Notes: generated by a model not told the origin, from the sequence alone. A DNA stretch of 64,000 bases from Lingula anatina (GCA_051362555.1 CM120644.1:3232954-3296953), one strand, 5' to 3'; shown: positions 37,880 through 51,757, numbered from the stretch's first letter. Program-made: numbers and translations.

Positions 37880-38470
37880 TATATTTTGCATGGGTAACCA
37901 TGCAGCGGATTGGTCCTAGAAGACAGGTCTCTTTTAACAAAGAAATGGACGTAAAATAATTTCGACTATTGTTGCGAATGCACAGGATACTAGCTAACTG
38001 AGGACAGCCAAAAATGTTCATAGGGGATAGGTCTCCCGACGCAAAGACCGCCCTTGGCCTGTACTGTACAATCTCCATACCTATCTCCTTTGGACATTTT
38101 ATTTTGTGGGGATACCTAAATAACATTGTCTATGCCTACAATCCCCAAAGTATTGATGCTCTGAAGAATAATAGTCGAAAAGAGATTAGGAGGACTGAAT
38201 TCCCCTTGCCATGTTGAGCATTGTCTTTACAAACTTCAGTGTGCGAGTAGCTACAGTGATTCAGCACCAAAAACCTTGACTGGAGCATATTATAAATTAT
38301 TGAGCTGTGCTCGCAAAATGATGATATATGAGGGAAAAGCTTATGCCACACAAAACTTCTATGTCTGTCAGACAGTTTTATGAAAAAATATGTCAAGTTT
38401 TCCTTGCAGTTCACTGTTGATAATGCTACTTTATCAAAAATGGAAACACCTTTTCGGACCGCTCTTTATA
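37880..38470 (+). mobile_element. Tc1/mariner transposase remnant
   Basis: Frameshifted WP...SPYLSPLD..LWGYLNNIVYAYNPQSIDALKN resembles the conserved WP.SPDL.P.D..LWGYLK..VY transposase C-terminus. Confidence 0.7.
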
Positions 38471-38602
38471 ATGATATAAAGGACACTTTTCGGACGCCTT
38501 TATGGGCACATATTTGTAAGTCCTGTTACAAAAAAAAAAAAAAAAAAATGGCAAGTAGAACACTGGGCTATGGAGTCAAATGATAGGTAATCAATTAACC
38601 TC

Positions 38603-38753
38603 GGGTCCGTAACTCGAAAGCATCGCGCATTGCGACCGAGCGCAAGCGTCTCGATTCCATAACTTGCCCATACTACTCGCCCCATATAATGCATTGTAGC
38701 CTCTATGTGATATCGCTATTCGCGACACGCGACGCTTTCGAGTTATGGAGCAC
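38603..38753. mobile_element. Small MITE-like inverted repeat
   Basis: tccgtaactcgaaagcatcgcg ... cgcgacgctttcgagttatgga. Confidence 0.6.
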
Positions 38754-39696
38754 TGGGCTGTCTACCAGTGTGAGGCACATTGCTAGACAACAGAAAAAAA
38801 CACGTAAGATTGCGTTCCCATAAACCAATCGTACTAGCTGGCTCGATCGAACTCTGCTGTGCTTCTTGCTACAGTACTTCCGGGTTAATCAGCTGGCACG
38901 CCCCATTGAGTACATGGAGGGTAATTATCACATGGAGGGTAATTACATCCTAGAAGCTTGAGTTAGATCGATCCAGCTAGTACAATGGGTTGATGGGAAC
39001 GCTCCCTAGCAGACAAACCTTGTCCTGGTCGACCCAGCTTTCACAATTAACTTCTCAACAAATTCGTTCTCTGGTCTTGTCGAAAAACGAGCAAATAACA
39101 CAAAAAATTCTGACACCTTTAATATCTAGAACTTCGACTTTTTATACTCAAATAAATAGCGATTTGTAAATTATTTGTTGAAATGTTTTGGCATACAGAG
39201 ACGACTACCTTATCCTAAATTCAAGGCATCCATCCAAAATGTCGATATACTGTCCCTTTACGCTAAAACAAAGACCGACATATCCGGTGACATTATTATA
39301 GACTACAGAAACTGAAAAAAAAGAATATATTAATGTTTTATTGATTTTAGGTTGACACTTCATGTCCACATAAACACATCTATGGACAGTATATTTAGTG
39401 TCGTTTATATACCGCCCGAGGAGTTTGTGATAAACCAGTCCTTTTTATTTTTGATGTAGTTGAAAGAGAATTTATGAATGCGCTTTATTGGTTTTAGGCT
39501 GACAGTTTGAATATAAACACGTCTACGTATGATGAAATTTGAATGCAGCTAACTCAATTTTTATTTACATGTACCATAAAAATGACATACTATTTCCGCT
39601 CCCAATTAATGAACTTAAGAATATGTAATCTCTCCTTCCTTTGATGCTATATTGCGTACTAACAACAACGGCAATTTATACTCCAGCAAAAATGGT

Positions 39697-39806
39697 GCCT
39701 AAATTTTAGACTTTGACCCCGACTTCACCGCTATTCAGACGTGGACTAACTATATATTGGCGATCGATTGTTGATTACAGGGTGGGTGTGGTGAGGCCAA
39801 AATATT
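39697..39806 (+). pseudogene. Orphan inverted copy of GH32 exon 4 including its splice donor
   Basis: aaattttagactttgaccccgacttcaccgctattcagacgtggactaac...ttgattacagggtgggtgtg|gtgaggccaaaat closely matches the reverse complement of 32349-32455, with indels. Confidence 0.85.
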
Positions 39807-40530
39807 CGACTGGGTTCCCATCCCTAGATCCATCTAACAGGATCGGTCCATCTCCACGGGGTTTCTCGGCTTAGGTGGGGTTTCTTCAGCTTAAGTGGCT
39901 TAAATGTCTTACCTGTGTGAGAATATATTCTGGAGTAAGGCTTCACACAGCGGCAACGTGGATCGGTAGATGTAACTTATTTTAATAAGTTCAAACTGTG
40001 GTTTTACGTAGATCCAATGTCCGGGAGGCTGTTTTACCAGTCACTCAGTTGACCTGATGCTGAAAAGCAAGCGTTTAACAAACATTAGAAAAGAAAGAAA
40101 CACGATGCCGGGCTAGCAAGATAACTGGTACCTTGAGCGGTGTAACAAGAATAGTATTTTTTGTCCACTCGTACCCCGGTAGTACTAAAGGAGCACGGTG
40201 CATCTTCACGTACTTCTGTTTTATCAAAACTTGATTAGACGTTACACAGACGCATAGGGAAAACTAGTCGAAATCAGTGTACAGCTAGGCCAATAAGACC
40301 GTTCACAGTAGGTCACGGTCAGTGCGACCGTGACTCCTGATAACCCCCGCGTGGATAATAACAGGGCAAATAGCGACAGTTAAAGCTGTTAAGTTATCAA
40401 TCGTAACCATTTCGGACTCCCCGCTGTCTACATCGTGTCCCGTCAAGCAGCCTGTGCAATCATACGCCCCGCTAGTCCCAAGCATTGTTCTGGTGTAGAA
40501 CGGCACGTGCCCTTTGTTATGACATGGAAG

Positions 40531-40762
40531 ACTTAGGCTTCGTTCACATGCAATGTCTATTTTCTAAATTCTATTTTCTCTTCGCGCTATCTTATGATCA
40601 CGGTCTGTGCACTGAATATCTTATAGTAACTTATAGTAACTGGCTCGCGCTGCCAGTAATTACGCGGCGGGATATTCAGGCCACAGACCGTGATCATAAG
40701 ACATGCCGCAAATAGAAAATAGAATTTAGAAAATAGACATTGCATGTGAACGAAGCCTAAGT
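40531..40762. mobile_element. Near-fully palindromic MITE (Harbinger/Tourist-like GGC termini)
   Basis: acttaggcttcgttcacatgcaatgtctattttctaaattctattttct is perfectly inverted at the right end, and inner arms are also inverted. Confidence 0.85.
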
Positions 40763-42563
40763 AGATGCTTTGATTTTTGAAGTAATAAGAAGCGGTGCAA
40801 TATTTACCGGACAGCAATTAGCGGCTATTAATGACATCACGCCTAAATGCACACGCTTCCTGAATAAGACGGTCGCCCCCTGCCAGGTTGAGAGATCGGG
40901 ACACGCTCTCCTGCCACGCGACTGTTAAACCATTGTTAAACGATCCTCCTACTTCCATTGTTCAAAAAGTGGGCGGTAGGCTTGGTCACGGTGAAGAGTA
41001 ACCGTGTTCGTAGACACGATCACGGTAGTGAGAACAGATTAGCTGTACCTGAGCCAGGCGCAAATGATGCCCGAAAATCATTTATTACTCAGATCTTCCA
41101 ATCACCGTCTAATACGGAAAACGACCCTAATTAATTTGCATGTTAAACCACTATGCACAGGCAACAAGGCTGAGGGGATGTCATACTTCATTAAAATGTA
41201 TAATTAAATTATACGTAACAAGGGGCTGGTATGAAAACAGACAGCAATTATGAATATGTCTATTGCGATGGCGTGTATTTAAGATGATACCCTGAGTACA
41301 AAAATTATAAAAAAGGGAAGGTGTCTTCCGGTACTATTCTTATCTACATCTTAACCAGGGACACATATTGATTTTTTTTTCACTTGATGCTCACATATTT
41401 TCATTTTTTCTCCACTGAAAAAACTTTTATCAAGGAAAAAATGCCATCACTCCCTTGGCCACAGCTATAGAGAAATACTTACCCTAATACTGTCAGTAGC
41501 CTTGTGGCGCTGTGTTGTTTTCATCATATTCCAACTCTTCATTTGACTATCAATGAATAATATACTCATGTCACACCTAGTTTTTTTTAAATCACATTTA
41601 AACCTGAACTAAAGTAAAGAAAACGGGATCACTTATAGAATGGGCCCAGTGCATTTTCTGGTCATGTCCCGGTATCACACCATGGGCTAAGTGCATTTGA
41701 ATTTCGCAAACACATAGTCCAAGATGACTAGCTAGCTTGCCTGTATTTTCATACGCTTCGCTGTGTTTCATACTTAATTTACAGAGGTTTGTTCATATTT
41801 ATGAGTCACACTTGATTGATATTTAAACCACTTTCCCGTCCAAAGACAATAGACCGCGTCGAGTTTTGTTTCGATGTAAAACACTAGTATATAGAAATAT
41901 CCTTATGTACTGTCAATAGCCTAATGTCGCTGTGTTGTTTTCATAATATTACAAACTCTTCACTATGGCTATCAATGAAAAGTATGCTTTCGTCATTCAT
42001 TTGTAATATCTTTTCACATTTTCTCCTAAAAGACGACAAAACGTGACCTAAATAAACTATGAACACTCCAGAGATGGGCAGAGGACGTTTCGGTCATGTG
42101 TCACAGTTCAAGGGTGTTATTTGATAGGGGCTTACGCTTGAAAACATCTCGCCTTGGGGTAGAGAGGCGGAGACAATATCTTTGTATATGTGAGCAGCAC
42201 CATATGCGTGAAGACTGGGTTGTTAAATTGTTAGGGTCATTTAGAGGTTTTTAGATTCATCATAGGATAGTCTAGGGTCAAAAGTATGAGATATCTAAAT
42301 AATAGAATAAAAAATCAATAAAAACTTTAAATATGCAGTTTCAGAATCTTTAAAAAAAATTAACATCCAAGATTTTGCGCACACAAAAAGGACCGTTGTA
42401 TTTGGATTAATAACTGGAGCGTGATATTTTTTTAAATATACATTTTATTCTATGCAAACCAAACCAGATTCCAAACAATCACATATACCCGATAATACCC
42501 CGTTGACTCAGTCCACGCATTTCATGGCATTTCTGTACATGCTGTATATGCATCCAAATCTTA

Positions 42564-42778
42564 GACTGCATTCCCACAGATTTTAGATCGATCTATTCCC
42601 GTGGGGAGTCTCAATAGATTGCTGTCAGATTAGCAGGCTTAAATGTCTGTCCCGCCTACTACAAGCTGTAAGGGGGTCATTAACTTTCGTACGCGCTCGG
42701 CTGACAGCAATTTAGCGTGAACCCCCAGAGAGTTAGGTCGATCCAGATGGATCGATCTAAATCTGTGGGAATGCAGTC
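42564..42778 (+). mobile_element. Intact 215-bp MITE, about 29-bp TIR, TTA TSD (PIF/Harbinger-type)
   Basis: tta|gactgcattcccacagattttagatcgatc...gatcgatctaaatctgtgggaatgcagtc|tta. The empty paralogous site is at about 52441-52460. Confidence 0.9.
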
Positions 42779-44099
42779 TTATACCGATGGCAAACTTTTA
42801 TTTTCAGTTCTTATTCCTCGTTCTTTACACCACAAGATGTGTTGAATGACCTGATAGCCACTAACCACGGTTCAGCTGGGTTTCCACTGTCTAACACGAT
42901 TTTTTTCTGTGGCGGATTTTGATGTTGAACAGGAATCTGACAATTATTTTTCCATGACAACTATCCAGGCTAGTAGATGGGCTGATATTCAAAATTACTT
43001 GAGAAATCTCATCTTTTTTCAAATGGAAGAACAGGATGCTCAATGTTACGGAACCAGGAGGTATATTCAAAATATAAAAAGTTTTAGTGAAAACTCTTAT
43101 GATACCTTTAGTCATTTTTATTATTTTCTTATAGTGAATGCAAATAAACTCCAACTGAATTTTAGCTACAAAAATTATTATCATTATTATTATTATCATC
43201 TAAACAAAACTCTTAGCTAAAATTTCTCACCATAAAAAGGTTTTGGGGCCATTTTGCCTTCGAAAACTTTCTCCACAGTTTGCAAAATAATAACAAAAAT
43301 AATAATGAATGAATAAATAAAAAGGAGAAAAGGAGATGACTTGCCACACCCAACAATTGTTTGAGGCGCCGCGCACGGCCGACCGTGGGGATAGGAAAGG
43401 TTGGCACGCAACTATTTGGTGAATATAGTCAACAAGTATAGAAATGATGAGGTCCCGAGCAAATTTTGGAAAAATTACGAAGTGTTTAAAAAACAGTAGA
43501 AAAGAAACAAATTCCATCCGTGTCCCCTGATTCGCGGTCCTACCTGCAAGAGAATGTATGGAGTAAGGCCTCACGCAGCGGCAACGCCGAATCGGTCAAC
43601 GAAAGTGTGAGATAATACACTGTCACCCGAGTGACACATGCCATAACACCCCGAGCGTCAGCGAGAGAAGTTCATGACATATATAGCGAGAGGGTGACAG
43701 TGTATTATTTAACATACCTGATACCGCAAAAAATACTGTCATTTCATCCTGAAACACCCCTAAAACCGAATAAAGTGACCCTATATCACGTTCTTGAGAT
43801 GTTATATGGAATAAACTCGTCTACGTGCGCTGGTCACCTCCTGGCAGATTCTTACGTAATGTCTTACCAATTTGGTCAGTTTTTGCTAAATACTTGTAGA
43901 AGGGCAACTCGCTTGAAAAGTATTCAATCAACTGTCGACACTGACCATGTGCGACTCGACTGAGCCACACCTAGCTGGGACTGCTGCGGAAAAAAGTCCA
44001 AGGCAAAACCCTTCTTTTCAGTGACTTTTCTGATAAACAAGGAGCGTCGGATCGGAATATAGTCATATTAATTTTTTTCAAGTCCAAAGGAGAAATAAA

Positions 44100-44420
44100 T
44101 TTACTTTTTAGTGATATTTCTGACAACGAGGCGTTATCGGAATATAGTGTAAGTCAGACGGTTGTTTATTCCTAGTCCACGGAAGTAAAAATTCTACGTT
44201 TTAGGGATATTTCTGACGGCGAGGCGGTATCGGAATATAGTGTTAGTCAGACGGATGTTTATTCCTAGTCCACGGGAGTAAAAATTCTACGTTTCAGTGA
44301 TATTTCTGACAACGAGGCGGTATCGGAATATAGTGTAAGTCAGACGGATGTTTATTATAATCCCGCAGGAGTAATAGTTCTACGTTTTAGTGATATTTCT
44401 GACGACGAGGCGGTTTGGGC
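44100..44420. repeat. Tandem repeat, about 95-bp unit, about 3.5 copies
   Basis: gtgatatttctgacaacgaggcggtatcggaatatagtgtaagtcagacgg recurs. Confidence 0.85.
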
Positions 44421-45323
44421 ATATACTGGTTTTCAGAGCATTCAGATGCTCATTACATGTTCAAAGGGGAAATAGATTTTTACCGATATTTCTGACATAG
44501 AGGGAGAAAGGACAGCTCTCAAGAAAAAGTTAAACCTGCGTTAAAAAGTTAAAGAGTAACAAATAATTTATTGTACGCGCATGTGTGGCTAAGATGTACA
44601 ATCATTCCCTTTTCAAACCATACCCATTCATCTAAGGAGTAAAAAGTACAGCTGTATGATATGACCAAGTGTAAGAAAATGATAATATTAAATAATGCCA
44701 TCACTGATCACAAGTTAGGTATATCACAATCCACTAGGGGCGCTACAGTAGTAACTATCCAGGGGTAGTGAAGTGTAAAACTGATATCGGCCTGCTGACA
44801 GCTCGCCTATGGCACCCCTTTTTTAAATCTCTCTTTTAGCGCCGTGTAAATAAACAAATACAAGCCATTTACTAGATAAGCTCTAAATCAGAGTAAATTC
44901 CGGTCACGTGATTGTCCGTGTTGCAGTTTTAGAGAACTTTGATTTGAGGACGTTTTTAAGTTTTGCCTCGACAAAATGTTAAAAATTTCAGATGAGTACT
45001 GCATGGGAGTTTTTGTAATTTATGCCGTGTAAAGTTCATGAAATTTGCAATATTATGCCGAAAAATCATGAAAATTGAACCATGCGAAGTATAGTTTATT
45101 TGATGCGCAATATTTATAGTACATGATATGCACGGAAGCCATCCCAGCCATGTGCTTGTGCGGTCGCCAATTTGGGTTTGTTTCCGGGTCATTAGATTAA
45201 CATACAGCCCTAATTGCCCTAATTGGTCACAAGCAATTTGAGCTGCAGCTACAGCTGCGTGATCACCGCTGGTCAGTAGTTACAGGTTCTTAGCTGAAGA
45301 GTGTGGACACTTTTGGTGAATTT

Positions 45324-46154
45324 CAGGCCTTCCCAACTACCAGACTCAGCACCTACGGGTCCAGTATAAACCGGTTTATCTGACCACACTACCCGTTTTC
45401 AAGGTGTGTGTCAGATCGCATAAAAGAGTATCATACCCCATCACAAATTTTGTAAGCCTACCTGTCATCCGGGTATCGCGCCTCGTTTTCGTCAAGTAGG
45501 AGTCGTATGAATACAACAACATGGAAATCGGCAATCCTCGGCTCATTCCGCAAGCTCCATACTATTGTCGAGTGCGGAGACATTGGTGTAGTTCCGAGTG
45601 ACAACATGGCGACAGACGACTCACTGAATCTCGTCCAGAAAATATTTAACCCCCGACAGATCATTGGCTATGTTCGAACCTAAATTTTATGTTACAAATT
45701 GCGGTATTGTCAGATTTTTAGCATAAACAGGGAAAATTGCAGCAGCGCATGAATGTAGATGAGATGCACTACTTTCCAACCCCGCTTTAGACCACGGTGG
45801 AAGTGAAGAACAAAAGATTCAGACGTGGTGTAACTCGCATAACCGCACGTCTTGCATGAATGCGTTATAACCCGCTAATGGACCCGTGGTCTAAATAAGA
45901 TAGATCCCTCGTCAGCGAGGGTTATGTGACATCCACTCGTGCTTCGCACTCGTGCATGCCACATAACCCTCGCTGACTCGGGGTCTATCTATTACTAGGA
46001 TCATCGCCATCACATTGCGCACCAGGTAAAATCGCTGTGGTGGCTGATACTCTTTTATGCGATCTGACACACACCTTGAAAACGGGTAGTGTGGTCAGAT
46101 AAACCGGTTTATACTGGACCCGTAGGTGCCGAGTCTGGTAGTTGGGAAGGCCTG
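45324..46154. mobile_element. Non-autonomous TIR element (about 110-bp TIRs, CAGG termini) with a nested 95-bp hairpin at about 45897-45990
   Basis: caggccttcccaactaccagact...gagtatca is inverted at 46045-46154. Flanked by an aattt direct repeat. Confidence 0.85.
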
Positions 46155-46479
46155 AATTTTTGCAGTTAAAAAACTTCAATATCTTTGTTGCTTGTAGATA
46201 TATTTTAAAAATTCCAAAAGAATTCATGTGTTTTTTGTATTACCTTTCAGAAGATATAAGTATAATAATTTTCTGATCAGTTTGAAAAATTTTCTGATAT
46301 GCCAACACAAGTACAGAGAATACTTACCCTTATATACTGTCAGTAGCCTAATGTCGCTGTGTTGCTTTCATTTTATTACAAACTCTTCACTATGACGAGA
46401 GGCGTATGGAAGCTGTCATGATGTCATGAGACTAAGTCGCCTCGAATGGTTTAGATCATATCAAAAGCTGACAGTCTCC

Positions 46480-47680
46480 CAAAATCACGCGATGACCGCC
46501 GCCATCGCAGCTATGTACTCGAATATAAAACTAGCATTCGGGACCGCGATGATTTCAACCAAAATAGGAGTACTCCAAGGATCACCATCGAGCTGTTTTC
46601 TATTCACTATGTACATCGATCAACATTAGTGCGCGACCTGCGTGAACAGTGTCAGCCGGACGGCTACCACGGTCGACTGCACGCCCTACTACTTATGGAC
46701 AATACTATTTTACTTTCCACAACCAGAGAAGGGATCGGGTGCTATGTCAGCCAACGTTATATACCTGGAAGCATTAAAGATCCGCGGTGGCGCCCCTTAG
46801 CATGTCCCATGCCCCTAGGTTGTCGCGGCGCCCCTTAGCATGTGCCACGCCCCTAGGATGTCGCGGCGCCCGCGCCTAGACTAGAAAGATTTATTATAAG
46901 GTCGTATTTAAATGAGACATTAAGGGAGATATAAAGAGAACAGGTGGTGGGTAGAGAGGAGAACTTAGGCAGTGGGAATAAAGCTGTTTGGAAATCCACG
47001 ACTCTTGTTGCTCACTTCTTCTCGATCTGTGAACCTAAAATCGAACCTTACAAGGACATCGACGCCTAATGACCTCGTATTAGCAGAGCTCGGTATTCTT
47101 CTCTGTCAGCCAGAGTTAAAAAAGCGCAGAAAACTTTTATGTCCAAAGTACTTTCTGAAAGATTAGATCTACCAGACGACCCCCTGATGACTGTGTGGAC
47201 ACTCTGTGAAAATGCCCGGACGCCAACTACTTGACCAACGTGCTAAACGAGGTTGATGACATTTGTATCTCTGACATCACTAAAAGACAGTTAGCTATTA
47301 AGAACTACCGAAGTAGTAAAAGTGTGTTTTTACCGAGATAAACCCCAGTGTGAGCGTACACGCCATGTACGAAGGGGCGGTTCGGGAGGAGGACAGAATC
47401 CCAGCCTCTAGATTAAGATTATCTGCACACAGTCTGGCTATCGAGACAGGCAGATGGGCGAAAAAACCACGTGAACTCAGACTTTGCGAGGGCGGCAACA
47501 TACAAACGGAGAAACGCATAATATGTGACTGTATTTATACGGCCGATTGCCGCAATAAATTCCCTACTATAGACTTTACAAACTTAGAAAGGGTTTTTAA
47601 TGGCCCTGTTAATGACGTATGCAGATGTATAAGAATTTGTTTAACTAAATATTAAAGGAAAAAGAAAAAAGAAAGGTCAA
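46480..47680 (+). mobile_element. Degraded non-LTR retrotransposon (RT and C-terminal remnant)
   Basis: GVLQGSPSSCFLFTMYID, LLLMDNTILL, VLAELG, RLRLSAHSLAIETGRW...RLC, with frameshifts and an A-rich end. Confidence 0.8.
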
Positions 47681-47849
47681 ACCCGTATTCAACAAAAGCT
47701 TTGCCCGCGCAATGTAATTCCTTTTGCTTATATGGGACTATCATTGGTTGACAAGCTTACTAATAGCTGATGCAATTAAAATGCCTGGTAGTTGACCAGA
47801 GGGTATGACAAATGACAAATGACAATAGTAGATATTCTCGTAAACTGGT

Positions 47850-48357
47850 TACAGTGTAGAGAGATTTCACGACTCTCCATGATAACCATGATAATTTTAA
47901 TGAATTTTGCAAATTTTAGAAGCTGTTGGGTTTTTGCATTAAACAATTGAGCAAAATTTATATCATTAACACGATTACAATACTATTTAGCTAAATGCGT
48001 GTTTTTCTAATATCTAATAGCATCATCAGTACAATTGAAAATATGATGGAATTCATCACCAATCGCTTTTTTATGGCATAGAGTACAAATTCTTTGTTTT
48101 CCTACCTTATTATTCCATCTTCCAACTTCAATAGACAATTTGGTGTTACATGTTCAAATCTTACTCAAAGTATTTTCTCATTTAAAAGGTAATTTTAACA
48201 GGTATTTTTCTATAATAAAATGATGTTTTTAGATCCTATAATTCATTTCTTTTGCTGAACAAAAAATTTTACTTCTCCATTTTATGTACAAACTGGTCTT
48301 TAAGAGTATGAAAAACAATACTTTTAACGACTGTATACTTTCAGTATTTTTGTATTG
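47850..48357 (-). mobile_element. LINE 3' fragment, duplicate of about 49500-49990
   Basis: Close similarity to 49500-49990, including the flanking sequence. Confidence 0.7.
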
Positions 48358-49499
48358 TTTATTATAAGTCCACAGGAGTAATAGTTCTACGTTTTAGTGA
48401 TATTTCTGACGACGAGGCGATTTGGGAATATACTGGTTTTCAGAGCATTGAGATGCTCACTACAAGTTCAAAGGGGAATAGATTTGACTTTTACCTGATA
48501 AAGAGGGACAGCTCTCAAACAAAAGGTAAATTACACAACCTGCGTTAAAAAGTTATAGATTAACAAATATTTTATTGCACGCGCATGTGTGGCTTAAATG
48601 TACAACAATTCCCTTTTCAAACCATACCCACTCATCTAAGGAGTAAAAAGTACAGCTGTATGATATGACCAAGTATAATAAAATGATAATATTAAATAAT
48701 GCCATCACTGCACACAAGTATAGAGAATACTTACCCTTATATACTGTCAGTAGCCTAATGTCGCTGTGTTGCTTTCATCAAGGAGTCACAGTTGTAACTC
48801 CTTGCTTTCACTATATTACAAACTCTTCACTATGACCAGAGGCGTATGGAAGCTGTATTCTGGGTCTTCTGGAAGGCGGTCAGAAATTTTAAAGTTTACA
48901 TTGACGGGCAAGGACGATAAAAAGAAAATTCTCTATTTCGTTGACGATCTTCTTACTGTGTCTGTAACGGTCTTTTGTGACTTTTTCGCTAATTTCGGTG
49001 AAATTGATGTCATGTGACTGTGGTCACCTCGAGTGGTTTAGATCATATGGTCACCTCTCGGCAGATTCTTACGTAATGTCTTACCAATTTGGTCAGTTTT
49101 TGTTAAATACTTGTAGAAGGGCAACTCGCTTGAAAAGTATTCAATCATCTGTCGACACTGACCATGTGCGACTCGATTGAGCCACACCTAGCTGGGACTG
49201 CTGCGGAAGAAAAGTCCAAGGCAAAACGCTTTTTTCAGTGACTTTTCTGATAAACACGGAGCGTCGGATCGGAATATAGTCATATCAATTTAATCTTTTG
49301 TGACTTTTTCGCTAATTTCGGTGAAATTGATGTCATGAGACTGTGGTGTGGTCGCCTCGAGTGGTTTAGATCATTTCAAAAGCTGACAGTCTTCCCAAAT
49401 AACTATCGTCGGTAGACAAGCTTACTAAAATCTGATGCAATTAAAATGCCTGGTAGTTGACCAGAGGGTATGACAAATGACAAATGGCAATAGTAGATA

Positions 49500-51390
49500 T
49501 TCTCGTAGATTGGTTACAGTGTCCTCTCGTTTCACAATTTTAACCTGGAGAGGAAGCCCTCTCCATGATAATTATAATGAATTTTGCAAGTTTTAGAAGC
49601 TGTTGGGTTTTTGCACAATTCAGCAAAATTTATACGTTTATATGTTTAGCTAAATACATGTTTCTCTAATATCTAATAGTATCATCAGTACAATTGAAAA
49701 TATAATGGAATTCATCACCAATCTCTATTTTTATGGCATAGGGTACAAATTCTTTGTTCTCCTACTTAATTATTCCATGTTCCAACTTCAATAGGTAATT
49801 TGGTGTTACGTGCTCTAATCTTACACAAGGTACTTGCTCATTTAAAAGGTAATTTTTTATAATAAAATGATGTTTTTAAATCCCATGTTGAACAAAAAAT
49901 TTTACTTCTCCTTTTTTTGTACAAACTGGTCTTTAAGAGTATGAAAAACAATACTTTTAACGACTGTATACTTTCGGCATTTTTGTATTGCCAAATACAA
50001 GATAGACCACATTCATCTAATATTTTCTTTACAAAACTATACCATGGTGTGTTGTAATTACAAGCAATATGACAAAATTTAATACTTAATTTATTTTGAG
50101 TACAATGCAGAAGTTTTGCCCAAAAAGTAACCATCCTGACTTTAATATGAATCTCGAGTGGGTACAGACCAAGTTCACTATACACCATGTTATTAGGAGT
50201 TTCAATAAATGTTTTCATTGAAATGTTTTTTATTGAAATTTCATAATTTCAGAAGAAGAATTTCCAATTTAATATTATGACATTGGCTCCATATTTCACA
50301 TCCATATTTAATAATTGGTTTGACTGCCTTGTCGTAAATATCTAGTTTGCAGTCTATTGGTAAATTGTGGTATGTGCATTTGGTTATTGCCCCATACACT
50401 GCTTTAATACCCTTTTCATTTAATTTCTCAATATTTGATTTGCCTAGTCCGTTTATAGAAAAATCAATTCCAAAGTATTTTAAGTTGGATTCAAATTCTA
50501 AACGTTTTTCCGTTGTAAGTAAAACACAGGCTTTTGTGTTGTCTCCCTTTTCCAAACATCAAAATTTTAGATTTTTTTCTCTATTAACTTTTAAATGCCA
50601 TCGTAACAATATCTGAAAAGCAGTCTAGTTGTTTTTATAGATCAGAAGCGGATTCGGCTAACAGAAAAGTATCATCTGCATATAAAAGTACAAATAATTT
50701 CAAACAAATTTGCAATTCGTTCTCAAAAATTTGACATATTTTTCAAACCTTTAGCATTCTGTGTAATTAAATGTAGAGAAAATAAGAACAGCGAGAAAAT
50801 TTAGCTTGTTTGACCCCGGAATTACAATTAAATATGCCTGAGCAATTATTATTTACTATCCTAGATTTTAAATCATTGTACATATTTGTAATGAAATTAA
50901 AGCATTTACTATCTATTTTATTATTAATATAAGTTTATTCCATAACCCTAACCTCCAAACAGTATCAAAGTCTTTTCAAAATCGATGAAAGCACAAAAAA
51001 AGTTTCTTTTTACACAAATTTGACAGTTCAATAACTGAGTTAACAGTAATATGTGATCAATAGTTCCATTATTTTTACTAAATCCTGCCTGATTTCCAAT
51101 ATCAGTGCTGCGTTATCTGCATATTTATTCAATCTTTCATTCAATACAGAAATAAATAATTCTCCAAGGTAGCTTATCAGAGTAACAGATCTGCAGTTTC
51201 TATGTAGTAACTTTAAAATTGCCTTTTTTTTAATGAACTGGTATTAATATTTCCTAATGACCATTGTTTTGGCACGTTCACTGTATTGAAAATCCAATTT
51301 AAAAAGTTCCATGTAGAGGAAGCATCATGATAGGTATAAAATTTAGATTTCAGAAATTCATTTTACAGTAAATCCTCACCACAGGTTTTG
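49500..51390 (-). mobile_element. Degraded LINE ORF2 (RT)
   Basis: NQAGF, AFIDF, LLYADDTFLLAES (about 50650-50690), KYFGI, PIIKYGCEIW, TPNNMVYSELG.YPL, with many frameshifts. Confidence 0.85.
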
Positions 51391-51724
51391 TAAGGCCGCA
51401 TTCACATCGAGTTGAGCCATGGCTCTACAAAGCCACAACCTAAATATGGCGGACGTACATAAAAGGAAAACCGCCTAATCTTTTAATAGTCTCTCCGCCT
51501 CTCACACGCCTCCCCATGTGTCGTCCCAATGGAGCCGAGAATTAATGACTGTACCCCCGCAGGAACAACGCATGGGGAGGCGTGTGAGCAACTTATTTTC
51601 TTAAGTGGCAAAAACTGGATACATATGACATTTGACTACAAGGGTTGCTTTCTTTTAATTAAATTTGCATATTAGTAAGTCCAAACGTGTTTTTGTATAT
51701 ATATATATTTAAACATGACGTGTC

Positions 51725-51757
<33 letters not shown>

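Noticed and set aside
40040-41060. GC/CpG-richer stretch as a possible exon or promoter
   Set aside because: No recognisable protein motif or consistent splice structure, and it is interrupted by a MITE.
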